A stretch of DNA of 64,000 nucleotides from Planctomycetales bacterium (GTDB lineage: Bacteria; 4484-113): the NCBI GenBank assembly GCA_037441675.1, contig JBBIRS010000001.1:1-64000 (forward strand), given 5' to 3'. The number at the start of each line of letters is the position of its first letter. Position 1 is the stretch's first letter. A model generated the notes under the pieces. It saw only the letters and a program-made list of their open reading frames with translations, searched no databases and was not told where the DNA came from. The translations under genes were made by a program, and so were the position numbers. This document shows positions 38,502 through 48,423 of this stretch, in pieces.

Positions 38502-40838
38502 TTGATAGCAAGAGTGACAAAAGGAACCACTGAGAGAAAGCCTCTTTTAATAGTTGAATCTCCCGCTAAAGCGCGAACCCTTAAGCGTATCCTCGGGGAG
38601 AGTTATGATGTTCTCTCTAGTAATGGCCACGTGCGTGACCTACCAGAAAAGAAATTGGGTGTTGACACTAAGAATGGTTTTACTCCTACTTATGTTTTGA
38701 TCCCATCCAAGAATGAAGTAGTAAAGAAACTTAAAACTGCAGCCTCAAAGGCAAAAGAGATTATATTGGGAACAGACCCAGACAGGGAAGGTGAAGCTAT
38801 CGCTTGGCATCTTTCACAGATATTAGATAAAGATGTCAAGCGGGTAGAATTCTTTGAGATAACGAAGGATAAAGTTATAGAGGCATTGAAGCATCCCAGG
38901 CGGATTAACCAGTTACGCGTGAATTCCCAGATTGCACGTCGTGTTCTAGACCGCTTAGTAGGTTACAGTCTTTCACCTGTCCTTTGGAATAAGATTAAAC
39001 GAGGTTTATCAGCCGGAAGAGTGCAGTCCGTAGCTGTTAGGTTGATCTGCGAACGTGAAGAGGAGATTCGTAGTTTCACCCCTCGTGAATACTGGCTCAT
39101 TCTGGGTTCTTTTCAAGCCGGGGATATTTCATTTGAGGCTGAGTTTGTAGCCTTTAACGGAACTAAAATATCACGACCAGAAGACGAAGGTTCTAAAGGC
39201 GCACGTGTTATTTCTTCTGAAGAAGAGGCACGAGCAATTGAAGAAATTCTCAGGCGAATGGACTATTTAATATCTAGCGTAGAAGTCAAAGAAGTTAAAC
39301 GTCAACCCCAACCACCGTTTATTACTGCAACTTTACAGCAGGAGGCTTTCAAAAAACTTGGCTTTCATAGTAGTAGGACTATGCAAATTGCTCAAGAGTT
39401 ATATGAGGGGATTGATGTAAACGGTGAACGTATGGGCGTTATCACTTATATGAGAACGGATTCTGTTCGTATAGAGGAGGATTTTCTGGCAAAGACAAGA
39501 AGTTATATTCTAAAAAATTATGGAGAGCGATACGTACCAGCGACTCCGCGAAAGTATAAATCAAGCCCCCGAGCGCAGGAGGCACACGAAGCGATAAGAC
39601 CCACTAATCTAGATCTAAAGCCCGAAGACCTTAAGGGTAAGGTAAATGATACCCACTTTAAGTTGTACGATTTGATTTTCAGGAGATACCTTGCCTCGCA
39701 AATGGCTGACGCATTGTATCAACAGAGAACAGTTCATATTTCTGGTGAAGAAAAAGAAAACTCGGCGTTGTTTAGACAAACCGTTAGAACACTTAAGTTT
39801 GATGGCTTTCTCGCAGCAAGCTTGCCAATAGAGTCTGAAGAGAACAATAATGGAAATGCTGATTCAAAGCAAAAACAATCCGCTGAAGTACTGCCTCTTT
39901 TGGTTGAAGGCACTACTGCAAATCTTATAGATCTTCACCTTCAGCAGAGTTTCACTAAGCCTCCTGCTAAATATACGGAAGCGTCTCTCATCAAAGCGCT
40001 TGAGGAGAAAGGTATCGGTAGGCCATCTACTTATTCTGTAATTATTGAAACGATTATACGTAGAGGGTACATAACCAGGGATAAAGGTCGTCTAGTACCA
40101 ACCCAGTGGGCTTTTGTCACGAATCAACTCCTGAACGATTATTTTCCCGAAGTTGTGGACGTGAACTTCACAGCCAAAATGGAAGATGGGCTTGACGAGA
40201 TTGAGGAAGGGAAAAATCAATGGCAAGAACTTATTGGCAGTTATTATTTTCCACTCAACGAAAAAATCCAATCTGCGCTTAAAGATGATGTTAGATATAA
40301 AGTTATATGGCAGAAGATTTCTGAAAAGTGTCCAGAGTGTGGCTCACCGCTGGAGATTCGCTATGGAAGATTTGGGAAGTTTGTGAGTTGCTCTAATTTC
40401 CCCGCTTGTCATTATGTTAAGAAGGAAAATGAAGCAATTAAAACGGATAGAAAATGTCCCAAGTGCGGATCCCAGGTTGTCGTCAGAAGGAATCGATGGG
40501 GAATTCAATTCGCCTCTTGCTCAGCCTATCCAAAGTGCGATTTCGTCGGAGAAGTTCACGAGTTTTGCCCCAAGTGTGGGGCTAAGTTATTAAAGAGAAG
40601 GATGAAGAATAGGAAGGTCTTCTACGTTTGCAAAAGAAATAACGAGTCAAAGAAGAATAAATGTGACTTCATTGTCTTTGGCTATCCCACGTTAAGTGTA
40701 TGTTCCTTGTGCGGTTCCTTTTTAGCCGAGGTTAGGCGTTCCGGTAGGCTTCATGTCATTTGTGCGAACTCATCCTGCGCTAACCATCGCGGAATTGAAA
40801 GCCAAGAAGAGATTGTTGAAGAGAAGGATAATTCATAA
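38502..40838 (+). CDS. topA: DNA topoisomerase I
   Basis: IVESPAKA, DPDREGE, SAGRVQS, ITYMRTDS, QEAHEAIRPT, GIGRPSTY; C-terminal zinc ribbons. Confidence 0.97.
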   Translation: MIARVTKGTTERKPLLIVESPAKARTLKRILGESYDVLSSNGHVRDLPEKKLGVDTKNGFTPTYVLIPSKNEVVKKLKTAASKAKEIILGTDPDREGEAIAWHLSQILDKDVKRVEFFEITKDKVIEALKHPRRINQLRVNSQIARRVLDRLVGYSLSPVLWNKIKRGLSAGRVQSVAVRLICEREEEIRSFTPREYWLILGSFQAGDISFEAEFVAFNGTKISRPEDEGSKGARVISSEEEARAIEEILRRMDYLISSVEVKEVKRQPQPPFITATLQQEAFKKLGFHSSRTMQIAQELYEGIDVNGERMGVITYMRTDSVRIEEDFLAKTRSYILKNYGERYVPATPRKYKSSPRAQEAHEAIRPTNLDLKPEDLKGKVNDTHFKLYDLIFRRYLASQMADALYQQRTVHISGEEKENSALFRQTVRTLKFDGFLAASLPIESEENNNGNADSKQKQSAEVLPLLVEGTTANLIDLHLQQSFTKPPAKYTEASLIKALEEKGIGRPSTYSVIIETIIRRGYITRDKGRLVPTQWAFVTNQLLNDYFPEVVDVNFTAKMEDGLDEIEEGKNQWQELIGSYYFPLNEKIQSALKDDVRYKVIWQKISEKCPECGSPLEIRYGRFGKFVSCSNFPACHYVKKENEAIKTDRKCPKCGSQVVVRRNRWGIQFASCSAYPKCDFVGEVHEFCPKCGAKLLKRRMKNRKVFYVCKRNNESKKNKCDFIVFGYPTLSVCSLCGSFLAEVRRSGRLHVICANSSCANHRGIESQEEIVEEKDNS

Positions 40839-41016
40839 CTCTTTTTTATTTCCTCCTGCCTCTTCTTCTATATTCAAACGCAAATTTAGTTACAAGTTGA
40901 TTACTTTACTTAAGCGAGGTTAGACGATCTATTTGTCATAGATTACTTTAATCTAATTAAGATATTAATATTAGTATTACTGGATGAATCCATAGTAAGG
41001 AATGGAGGAGAAAAAA

Positions 41017-41325
41017 ATGGCTATTGTTGATTTTTCAGTTGTGCCCATCGGTACAGGATCAACAAGTTTAAGTGATGCAGTAGCATTAGCGCATAAAGTA
41101 GTTATTGATAGTGGCTTACCAAATCGACTCAATCCTATGACTACAACGATTGAAGGTGACTTAGCTCAGATTTTTAGGATTATAGAAAAAGTCCACGATA
41201 AGTTAAAAGAGGCTGGATATATGCGACTTTCCACCAAAATGACCATTGATGATAGATTTGACCGTGAGGGCCCTAGAATGGAAAGCAAGATACGATCTGT
41301 CGAAGCTAAAATTGCAGAAATGTAG
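41017..41325 (+). CDS. MTH1187/YkoF-family thiamine-binding protein
   Basis: FSVVPIGTGSTS.S..V, PM.TTIEG, R..T...IDDR.D. Confidence 0.88.
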   Translation: MAIVDFSVVPIGTGSTSLSDAVALAHKVVIDSGLPNRLNPMTTTIEGDLAQIFRIIEKVHDKLKEAGYMRLSTKMTIDDRFDREGPRMESKIRSVEAKIAEM

Positions 41326-41479
41326 TTATTTGTAAAACTTTTCTCATTGGTGAAAGTGCCTTGAATTTTGGGCGAAATGGATGGTGGTTAATTTTGCTCG
41401 TTAAATGAGCTTGTTAGTAGCCATTTTGTATTAAATAATTAAGGAGCGTTTTTACCCTACAGGATAATTTACTCTCTTT

Positions 41480-42616
41480 CTAGCTATCATAATAAAAGCT
41501 AATAATTAGTTCTTTTAATCCAATAAGGGCATTATCATTTCTACCTTCACATACGGGTAGAGGTTCAAGTCCCCTACCAAAATCTCCGAAAACTGCAATT
41601 TTTGGAAGATGAGGAATTTTTTCTACTGAAATAGTTTGGTTAGATATGGTTCTTACATCTGGTTCTTCGACATCATTCACTCGTGGGAAAAGATAGTCCC
41701 TGAAAAGTGGCGGTGTACCTTCAAGTATTTCATCTTTTGTTGGTAATAGTAATAGGTATTGCGGCCTAATTAGTGCTCTTACCAGTGAACCAGCCATAGT
41801 GTGGCTAACCGAAGTAATCTGAAAACCGCCGATTTGGCCACGTCGACTCGTGGAGATCTCAATGACGCCAGAGTGCACCGCCCTTATTGATCCAACGGGC
41901 GCTAAAATACTCCCATCAAATCTCCCAACGCCGGTTATTGGTTTTGCTACTGTGGCAATTACTTTCTTCACTCCATCTTGGTAGAAGGCATAAACTCTAC
42001 CCTTCTCCTTGTTCTCAAATGTAATTTTCTTTAGGTGATTGAGGGGAATTGAAACTTCAATTTCTAAAATATCTCCAACCTTTGGGATATATCCAAAGCC
42101 TAACTTTTCGCTTTTTGCATTTCTAATAACTCTGACAGCGCTACCAGGAATTGGAGAAAAACTACCGCCAAAGAGATACCTTCCCGTTTGCACATCAGTA
42201 TAGATTACATAGTCTAACAACCTATCCGGTTCGCCCTTCAGGTTAAATCCGTAAAGTTCTTTAGGAAAGATGCTTATAGTTGCTCCCCTACCTAGATATG
42301 ATTGAGTGTAGATCTTAATATGAATAGCATTCACCGCAGAAGCAACAACTACACTTCCTGTTCCATAGGCTGAAGCTCTAAAACTTTGTGTTCTGACATC
42401 GGTCGCCGGGCGCTCCACCTTCCCCAGAATGCATGTATTAGGTGGCAAGTTCCTCCCCAAAGCTTCCTCACTTAGAAGTATTCTTCCACCTTTACGATTT
42501 TCCAAGATAAGGTAGAATTTAATGCTACTGTCTTTAATTGAAGCTGAGGATTGTAGCCACGTAACAGCTAATATTAAAAGTAAGAAGCCAGTTAAAGGGA
42601 GTCTCATTTTACTCAA
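41480..42616 (-). CDS. Secreted hypothetical protein with internal duplication
   Basis: Signal peptide; two similar modules (ENRKGGRI...GKVERP...F..S.Y versus FENKEKGRV...ATVAKP...RFDGS). Confidence 0.7.
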   Translation of the reverse strand: MSKMRLPLTGFLLLILAVTWLQSSASIKDSSIKFYLILENRKGGRILLSEEALGRNLPPNTCILGKVERPATDVRTQSFRASAYGTGSVVVASAVNAIHIKIYTQSYLGRGATISIFPKELYGFNLKGEPDRLLDYVIYTDVQTGRYLFGGSFSPIPGSAVRVIRNAKSEKLGFGYIPKVGDILEIEVSIPLNHLKKITFENKEKGRVYAFYQDGVKKVIATVAKPITGVGRFDGSILAPVGSIRAVHSGVIEISTSRRGQIGGFQITSVSHTMAGSLVRALIRPQYLLLLPTKDEILEGTPPLFRDYLFPRVNDVEEPDVRTISNQTISVEKIPHLPKIAVFGDFGRGLEPLPVCEGRNDNALIGLKELIISFYYDS

Positions 42617-42654
42617 GTATGGTAGAGTAGATTAACCTCTCATGACAAACAAAT

Positions 42655-43089
42655 TCACTGACTTTGCATAATTTCTTTCTCAGAGAAGAAGTTAGCAATC
42701 TCTTGAAGTGCGACACTCTCGCTATCGCTAGCATGAATTAAATTCCTCGTAACATCAGTGGCAAAATCACCCCGAATAGTACCCGGTTGAGCCTCAGCCG
42801 GCGATGTAGAACCAATAAGGTTTCTCATCTGTTTGACAACATCGTGTCCTTCCAAAACTAACACCACAACTGGCGATTCGATTATGAAATTGACAAGATC
42901 CTGGAAAAATGGCTTTTCACGGTGAACAGCATAATGTCGTTCTGCTAATGCCCTATCAACGGTCATCATTTTCATCGCCACGATGTTGAATCCTTTTTTT
43001 TCTATACGGGTTATGATTTCACCAACAAGCTTGCGGGAAACCGCATCGGGTTTTAGCATAATAAAAGTTCTTTCCTTGGAAGTAGCCAT
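42655..43089 (-). CDS. ndk: Nucleoside diphosphate kinase
   Basis: ERTFIMLKPDAV, HY..H..KPFF, PGTIRGDF, NLIHASDS. Confidence 0.98.
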   Translation of the reverse strand: MATSKERTFIMLKPDAVSRKLVGEIITRIEKKGFNIVAMKMMTVDRALAERHYAVHREKPFFQDLVNFIIESPVVVLVLEGHDVVKQMRNLIGSTSPAEAQPGTIRGDFATDVTRNLIHASDSESVALQEIANFFSEKEIMQSQ

Positions 43090-43139
43090 ATTCATATTAT
43101 CAATAAAGTGGCCAATAACTCACTTATGATATTTAAGTT

Positions 43140-44849
43140 CTAACGCTTAGCAATTTGTTCTGAAGAGACATTAGACCATCCAGATTCTTTCAGGAAGTAG
43201 CTAGCATCATAATTTTCGCGTTCAAGAATTCGCTCAAGGCCTGCTACCACATCTTTATCAAGATGAACACCTTCAGGGTCTCCAAATCTTCCAATGTGTG
43301 GAGCGGTCAACTTCTTGCATTCAGCCAGTGCTTCTTGTGGAGTAAGTCCTCCCTTGTATGGGCGCTCCTGCATCATCGCGTGGAAGATATCCGCAACCGC
43401 TAGTATTCTTCCCTCCAAGCTTACCTCTTTATCTTTTAATCCTAGGGGATAGCCTGTGCCATCCAACCTTTCGTGGTGCATACCTGCAATTCTTGGGACA
43501 TCTCTCATTTCCTTTGAAAAGTAAACCTTTGACAGTATCTCAATAGTTTCGGAAACATGACTTCGCATCATTTTGAATTCTTCTTTCTCTAACTTCCCCG
43601 GTTTACCGAGGATTGCGTCGGGGATAGCTATTTTCCCATAATCGTGAAGAACAGCAGCGATTCTAATAAATTCAACTCTTTGGTGAGGCAGTCCAAGCTC
43701 CTTTGCAATAGCTACTGAAATACCTGTAACCATTTTAGAATGGTCATAAGTGGTTGGATCCTTTGCGTCAACACTTGATGCTAAAACCTCAATAAAACTG
43801 TTAAATTGTTTTTTCTGCTCCTCGTAAAGCCTAGCATTCTCTATGGCAACTGCCGCACTGCCGGATAAAGCAGCCAATAAATCCTCATCAGCAGATGTGA
43901 AATGAGGATGCTCAAGCTTGTTCAGGACTTGATAAACACCTATAAGGTCGCCTTTTTTGTTCAAGAGGGGCATGCAGAGAATATTCCTTGTAACATAACC
44001 AGTTTTCTTGTCCACCTCAGGATTGAAGAGTGGATGCGAGTAAGGATCTGAAATGTTTAATGTTTGTAGTGTTTTCGCAACATTTCCAGCTATTCCAACG
44101 CCAACAGGCATTCTTATTTCATCTCTAAGCCCCTCGCCAACGATAGTCCAAATCTCCTCATTCTCCTCATCATAGAGCCAAACCGTTGTTCTATCAGCCT
44201 TTAATAACCAAGAGCACTGCCTAGCAAGAACAGTTAGAAGTTCCCTAAGCTCTAACTTTCCACTTATAACTTGCGAAACCTGCATCAAAGCTTCCGCGCG
44301 CTCCAACGATTCTTGATACGCTCTTCTTAGTTTGATGGTCTCCACAGCGGCAGAAAGAATCTGAGCCACTCGATCTAAGCTCTCCAATAAATGTGTATCC
44401 ACGCTAACGGAAGGTGGAAGATACATACAAAAAACTTCCATTACTTCCTGCGCTCCATCCAATAGAGGCATAATGCTTATCTTGCTCAGTTCATTTCGAA
44501 CCTCTCTTGAAAGTCTCTTAGTAACTTCTTCATCTTCAAGATCTATAATCACTACCGACTTTTTGTTAATCGCTCTAGTCGCATTCACCCGAATAAGTTC
44601 TTCTAGTACCTCCTCATCTTTGGGATCAAATTCTCGTTCCACGCCTGCTAGAGCATGCCTACTTCCCATTTCACCTTCGATAACGGGGTAACGATAAGCT
44701 GAGAATCCCTCCACAAATTCAGAGAGGGGCTTTGAGAGCTTTACACCTAATTGCTCAAAAGTTTCGCTACCTGCAACCGCTCGGTGTAAGTCCAAGAGCT
44801 TTTGAAGTAGCTCAAGACTATCGTGATTTGAAGTTTCTTTATTTGACAT
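43140..44849 (-). CDS. GAF-domain HD-GYP phosphodiesterase
   Basis: GAF (GIAG.V...NISD.Y.HP.FN..VD..TGY.TRNILCMP); HDYGK, HHERLDGTGYP, RPYK. Confidence 0.92.
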   Translation of the reverse strand: MSNKETSNHDSLELLQKLLDLHRAVAGSETFEQLGVKLSKPLSEFVEGFSAYRYPVIEGEMGSRHALAGVEREFDPKDEEVLEELIRVNATRAINKKSVVIIDLEDEEVTKRLSREVRNELSKISIMPLLDGAQEVMEVFCMYLPPSVSVDTHLLESLDRVAQILSAAVETIKLRRAYQESLERAEALMQVSQVISGKLELRELLTVLARQCSWLLKADRTTVWLYDEENEEIWTIVGEGLRDEIRMPVGVGIAGNVAKTLQTLNISDPYSHPLFNPEVDKKTGYVTRNILCMPLLNKKGDLIGVYQVLNKLEHPHFTSADEDLLAALSGSAAVAIENARLYEEQKKQFNSFIEVLASSVDAKDPTTYDHSKMVTGISVAIAKELGLPHQRVEFIRIAAVLHDYGKIAIPDAILGKPGKLEKEEFKMMRSHVSETIEILSKVYFSKEMRDVPRIAGMHHERLDGTGYPLGLKDKEVSLEGRILAVADIFHAMMQERPYKGGLTPQEALAECKKLTAPHIGRFGDPEGVHLDKDVVAGLERILERENYDASYFLKESGWSNVSSEQIAKR

Positions 44850-44855
44850 ATTTGA

Positions 44856-45299
44856 TTACCGCCAACTGTATGGTATTTCTGTAGTATCAGCTGATATTCT
44901 AAACTCATCAGGCTCTTCATAATTATAAAGCCTATTAGGTATATTAAGAAGGTAAACCTCTTCTTCTCCGATGTTCTTAAATCCGTGATAGACTAAAGGG
45001 GGAATTGTTATCAATGTAAAATCACTTCCCGAGACTATGAATTCCTCAATCTCTCTAAAGGTAGGGGAATCAGTCCTTGCGTCGTATAATGCTATCTTAG
45101 CTTTGCCCTTGATAACGCAGAAATTGTCCGTTTGTGTTTTATGATAATGCCAAGCCTTCACAATTCCTGGAAGTGCAGTAGTAATATAAACCTGCCCAAA
45201 ACCCTTAAAATTTTCCCAATCACAACGTAAGATCTCTACCAGGAATCCCCTCTCATCCCGAATTGGATTTAGACTTCTCCGGTAAGCACCTTCAATCAT
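44856..45299 (-). CDS. dTDP-4-dehydrorhamnose 3,5-epimerase family (cupin)
   Basis: DERGFL.E, PGIVKAWHYH, D.R.DSPT, IPP.VYHGF. Confidence 0.88.
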   Translation of the reverse strand: MIEGAYRRSLNPIRDERGFLVEILRCDWENFKGFGQVYITTALPGIVKAWHYHKTQTDNFCVIKGKAKIALYDARTDSPTFREIEEFIVSGSDFTLITIPPLVYHGFKNIGEEEVYLLNIPNRLYNYEEPDEFRISADTTEIPYSWR

Positions 45300-45333
45300 T
45301 TCAGAAAATTATATCAGATGTTTTGATTCAAGC

Positions 45334-45361
45334 TTGACAAATTTAAACATACGTGTAGTAT
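45334..45361 (+). promoter_or_regulatory. lexA promoter with candidate LexA box
   Basis: TTGACA (45334)-N16-TAGTAT, ending 6 nt before the ATG. The imperfect palindrome TAAAC-ATAC-GTGTA at 45344-45357 sits in the spacer. Confidence 0.55.
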
Positions 45362-45367
45362 TATATT

Positions 45368-45994
45368 ATGCCAAGACTACCTACAAAACGGCAAATGGAA
45401 ATACTTAGGTATATCTACGAGTACCAAAAGGAGCAGGGGTACCCTCCTTCCGTTAGAGACATTGCTAAACTTCACTCCTGTAGTGTGAAGGGGGCTTACG
45501 ATCATGTTCTAGCTTTAGAGAAACGAGGTCTTATCGCTCGATCTCCAAAGCTCTCTCGTTCTATTACCATTACACACCTCGGGTTGGATTTAGTTAAGCC
45601 ACAAGAAGAAAGGAAAATTCCCTTTGTTGGAAGAATTGCCGCTGGAGAACCTATATGGGCGGAAGAGAATATAGATTCATATATTGACTTCCCACTTGAT
45701 GCATGGGAGAAGGGCAACTACCGATTCTTTGCGCTTAAGATAACGGGTGATTCGATGAAAGATGCGGGTATTTTAGATGGTGATATAGGTATCTTCCGTT
45801 ACCAGAAGAACGCGGATCCAGGCTCTATTGTAGTTGCTCTTGTTGAGAATGAAGCTACAGTAAAGTATTACTTCAAGGAGAATGACCGTATAATTCTACG
45901 TTCCGCGAATGAGGCTTATCCTGATATGATCTTCTCCAAAGTTGAAATTCAAGGCGTTTTACGCGGTCTGATTAGGCCTTCTATTCGCTTCTAA
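45368..45994 (+). CDS. lexA: SOS repressor LexA
   Basis: T.RQ.EIL, GYPPSVRDI, GRIAAGEP (Ala-Gly cleavage site), GDSM, ATVK. Confidence 0.95.
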   Translation: MPRLPTKRQMEILRYIYEYQKEQGYPPSVRDIAKLHSCSVKGAYDHVLALEKRGLIARSPKLSRSITITHLGLDLVKPQEERKIPFVGRIAAGEPIWAEENIDSYIDFPLDAWEKGNYRFFALKITGDSMKDAGILDGDIGIFRYQKNADPGSIVVALVENEATVKYYFKENDRIILRSANEAYPDMIFSKVEIQGVLRGLIRPSIRF

Positions 45995-46103
45995 TTTAGA
46001 TTAATGCATGTTATCAATTATTCTGAATTACTACTGACTCTTAATCACATTTTGAATAGTAAAACTTTCCACCTTTTAAAAAGTTTTCTGGAGGAGTTAC
46101 TCT

Positions 46104-46835
46104 TTACACCCCATACCCACCGCTAACGGTTATAAAGTTTCCAGTAATATATTCGCTCCCCGGCGCTAAAATGTAATCCAGGGCGTGAAGTATATCTTCT
46201 TTCTTTCCTAATCTTCCAGCAGGAATTTTAGAGACGATGGTTCTAGTGAACTCATCGTCACTATCAAGCCAACCTGGGCATATAGCGTTAACTGTAATCT
46301 TCTCAGGAGAAATCTCCACAGATAATGAGCGCACCAGTGAAAGTAGAGCGGTTTTGGCTGAAAAGTAAGCTGGGAAAAGTTTCTTTGCAGAAAGGTTTTC
46401 CGCCCCCGCTGAGGCAAACACCACTATGCGTGATTGCTCTCCTCTAACTATGTAAGGTTTCAAGAACTTATAGCACGCAAAAAACCCTAAAAGATTAACC
46501 TTAACTAAATATTCAAACTCTTGGATTTCTGTTTTCTCAAGGCTCTTGAATAGGGCTGGTCCTGCTATGTAAACTAATACGTGAAGCTTACCGTTGAAAA
46601 TCTCATTTATCTTTTTTGCCACCAGGTTGAAATCCAGTTTCTCTTCAATCACTAAGGGGACATAGCATATATTGTCTAGGCTAAAATCTTTGCGAGCCCT
46701 TAGGTGAAAATCTTTCCTTCTGCCTGTAAAAATTACTTTTAATCCCCTTCTTAATAAGTGAAGCACCACAGCTTCTCCGATATTAGAAGTTCCGCCAATC
46801 ACTACTGCATTTCTTGTAGAGAGTTTTTTAGGCAT
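46104..46835 (-). CDS. Short-chain dehydrogenase/reductase
   Basis: VIGGTSNIG, YFSAK, VNAICPG, IPAGRLG, YITG. Confidence 0.9.
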   Translation of the reverse strand: MPKKLSTRNAVVIGGTSNIGEAVVLHLLRRGLKVIFTGRRKDFHLRARKDFSLDNICYVPLVIEEKLDFNLVAKKINEIFNGKLHVLVYIAGPALFKSLEKTEIQEFEYLVKVNLLGFFACYKFLKPYIVRGEQSRIVVFASAGAENLSAKKLFPAYFSAKTALLSLVRSLSVEISPEKITVNAICPGWLDSDDEFTRTIVSKIPAGRLGKKEDILHALDYILAPGSEYITGNFITVSGGYGV

Positions 46836-47016
46836 TTTGCCTATTATAAACAAAGAAAGATTTCAATGCGCACCAGGTTGAATATTTATCTCTCCTTCAG
46901 GGCGTACTCAAGCGAAGGTGGTTGAGAGAAGAGAGATGTTTGCCTACTTCAAGTGTCAAGGTTTTCAGCCCTAGCTACTTAGTACTGCAAGTTTGATTGT
47001 GCTTCTAAAAAACTTA

Positions 47017-47211
47017 TTAGAGGACTGGTTCGTCTTCGTGAAAACCTTCCGCAATTCTCCCCCTGTGGATTTCCGCCCTTTCATAACAGACATTGCAGTA
47101 AGATAGCCAAGGGAAAATTTCATCTACAATTTCAGCGGGATTCCCACAGAAAACACAGCCCCTAGAACTGTTACCATTCTCAATACCGGCTCTATCCTTT
47201 GTTTCATCCAT
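47017..47211 (-). CDS. Small putative zinc-binding protein
   Basis: 64 aa with CVFC...CNVC; does not overlap other genes. Confidence 0.5.
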   Translation of the reverse strand: MDETKDRAGIENGNSSRGCVFCGNPAEIVDEIFPWLSYCNVCYERAEIHRGRIAEGFHEDEPVL

Positions 47212-47321
47212 CTTATGCTCTAGCTAATTTACATTATTTATTCTAGTGATCTATTCATTATACTATCACAATCTATATTGAAGAATGGATTAGAAACCGC
47301 ATTAATTGGTAAGATTATGCT

Positions 47322-48209
47322 GTGCAAAAAAGAAAAGGGCTTGGGCGTGGTTTGTCTTCAATTGCAGAGAGCGCCGTTGACGTGCAGGTGCAGAGAAGAG
47401 TTGAACCTATCTGGAAAGTACTTCAATTGCGGATAGATGATATTGAATCTAGTCCCTTTCAACCACGTAGCGTTGTAGATGAAGAATCTCTGATGGCGCT
47501 TTCCACTTCAATTAAAGAACTTGGCGTTATTGAGCCGATAGTGGTTAGGCAGTTAGGACTAAAGAAGTATCAATTAGTTGCGGGTCAACGTAGGTTACTC
47601 GCTGCAAAGAAGGCTGGCTTAATTGAGGTTCCAGCTATTGTTTTAGAGCTTTCAGACCAAGAAGCGGTGGTTTTCTCTCTTGTGGAAAACCTGCAGAGGG
47701 AGGATCTTAATCCGCTTGATGAAGCTGAAAGCTACTCCCAGCTAATCAATCAATTTCACTTCACTCATCAAAGAATTGCCGAGTTGATAGGGAAAAGCAG
47801 AGTGTATATTACCAATACTTTAAGATTGTTATCGTTGCCTCAAGATGCTTTAGAAGCGATTAGAAAAGGGTTGATGACACGAGGACAAGGAATTGCCCTA
47901 CTAGCAATTCCCCCTAATGAAAGGGCTATGGTTTTAGAAAGGGTGTTAAAAGAAGGATTAAAAGTTAGAGAAATTGAAAATCTTGCTATTGAACTTGGTA
48001 AGACAGTAAGGAAGCCCCCACGCAAACAAAAGGCTCTTTCGGATACGCCTTACTTAACGAATTTGGCTCAGCAAATGGAAATCTTTTTAGGCACACGAGT
48101 TCGAATTAAATCATTTGGCAAGAGCGGAAAGATTGAAGTAACCTACTCTTCCCTTGATGATCTGAATCGCATTGTGAGATTAATTCTACCTGAGGAAAAT
48201 CCCTTTTAG
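47322..48209 (+). CDS. parB: ParB/Spo0J partition protein
   Basis: GLGRGL, PFQPR, SIKELGVIEPI, VAGQRR, ENLQREDLNP, GKSR..I.N.LRLL.LP. Confidence 0.95.
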   Translation: MQKRKGLGRGLSSIAESAVDVQVQRRVEPIWKVLQLRIDDIESSPFQPRSVVDEESLMALSTSIKELGVIEPIVVRQLGLKKYQLVAGQRRLLAAKKAGLIEVPAIVLELSDQEAVVFSLVENLQREDLNPLDEAESYSQLINQFHFTHQRIAELIGKSRVYITNTLRLLSLPQDALEAIRKGLMTRGQGIALLAIPPNERAMVLERVLKEGLKVREIENLAIELGKTVRKPPRKQKALSDTPYLTNLAQQMEIFLGTRVRIKSFGKSGKIEVTYSSLDDLNRIVRLILPEENPF

Positions 48210-48423
48210 TACTTGCTTCCTTTTCTGCGTGAAATATTGCTTCTAAAGAAAGTGCTATTTTGTTTTTTTTTACGAATTCAATCTAGCTATTTACTTAAAA
48301 GAATACTATGCTTCCGTTTTCTTCATTTTTCAATATAATGCAACGGTTATTTAACTTTACCTTAATCAATTATCTAGATACAATAGCCAAACAAAGCGAG
48401 TAATTATGATGAGAGCATAAAAG

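Noticed and set aside
40839..41016. TPP riboswitch before the thiamine-binding-family gene
   Set aside because: No CTGAGA or other TPP core motifs; only a short ATCTAT/ATAGAT hairpin in AT-rich DNA.
48210..48423. T-box leader before asnS
   Set aside because: No GGTGG-ACC T-box sequence or terminator/antiterminator seen.
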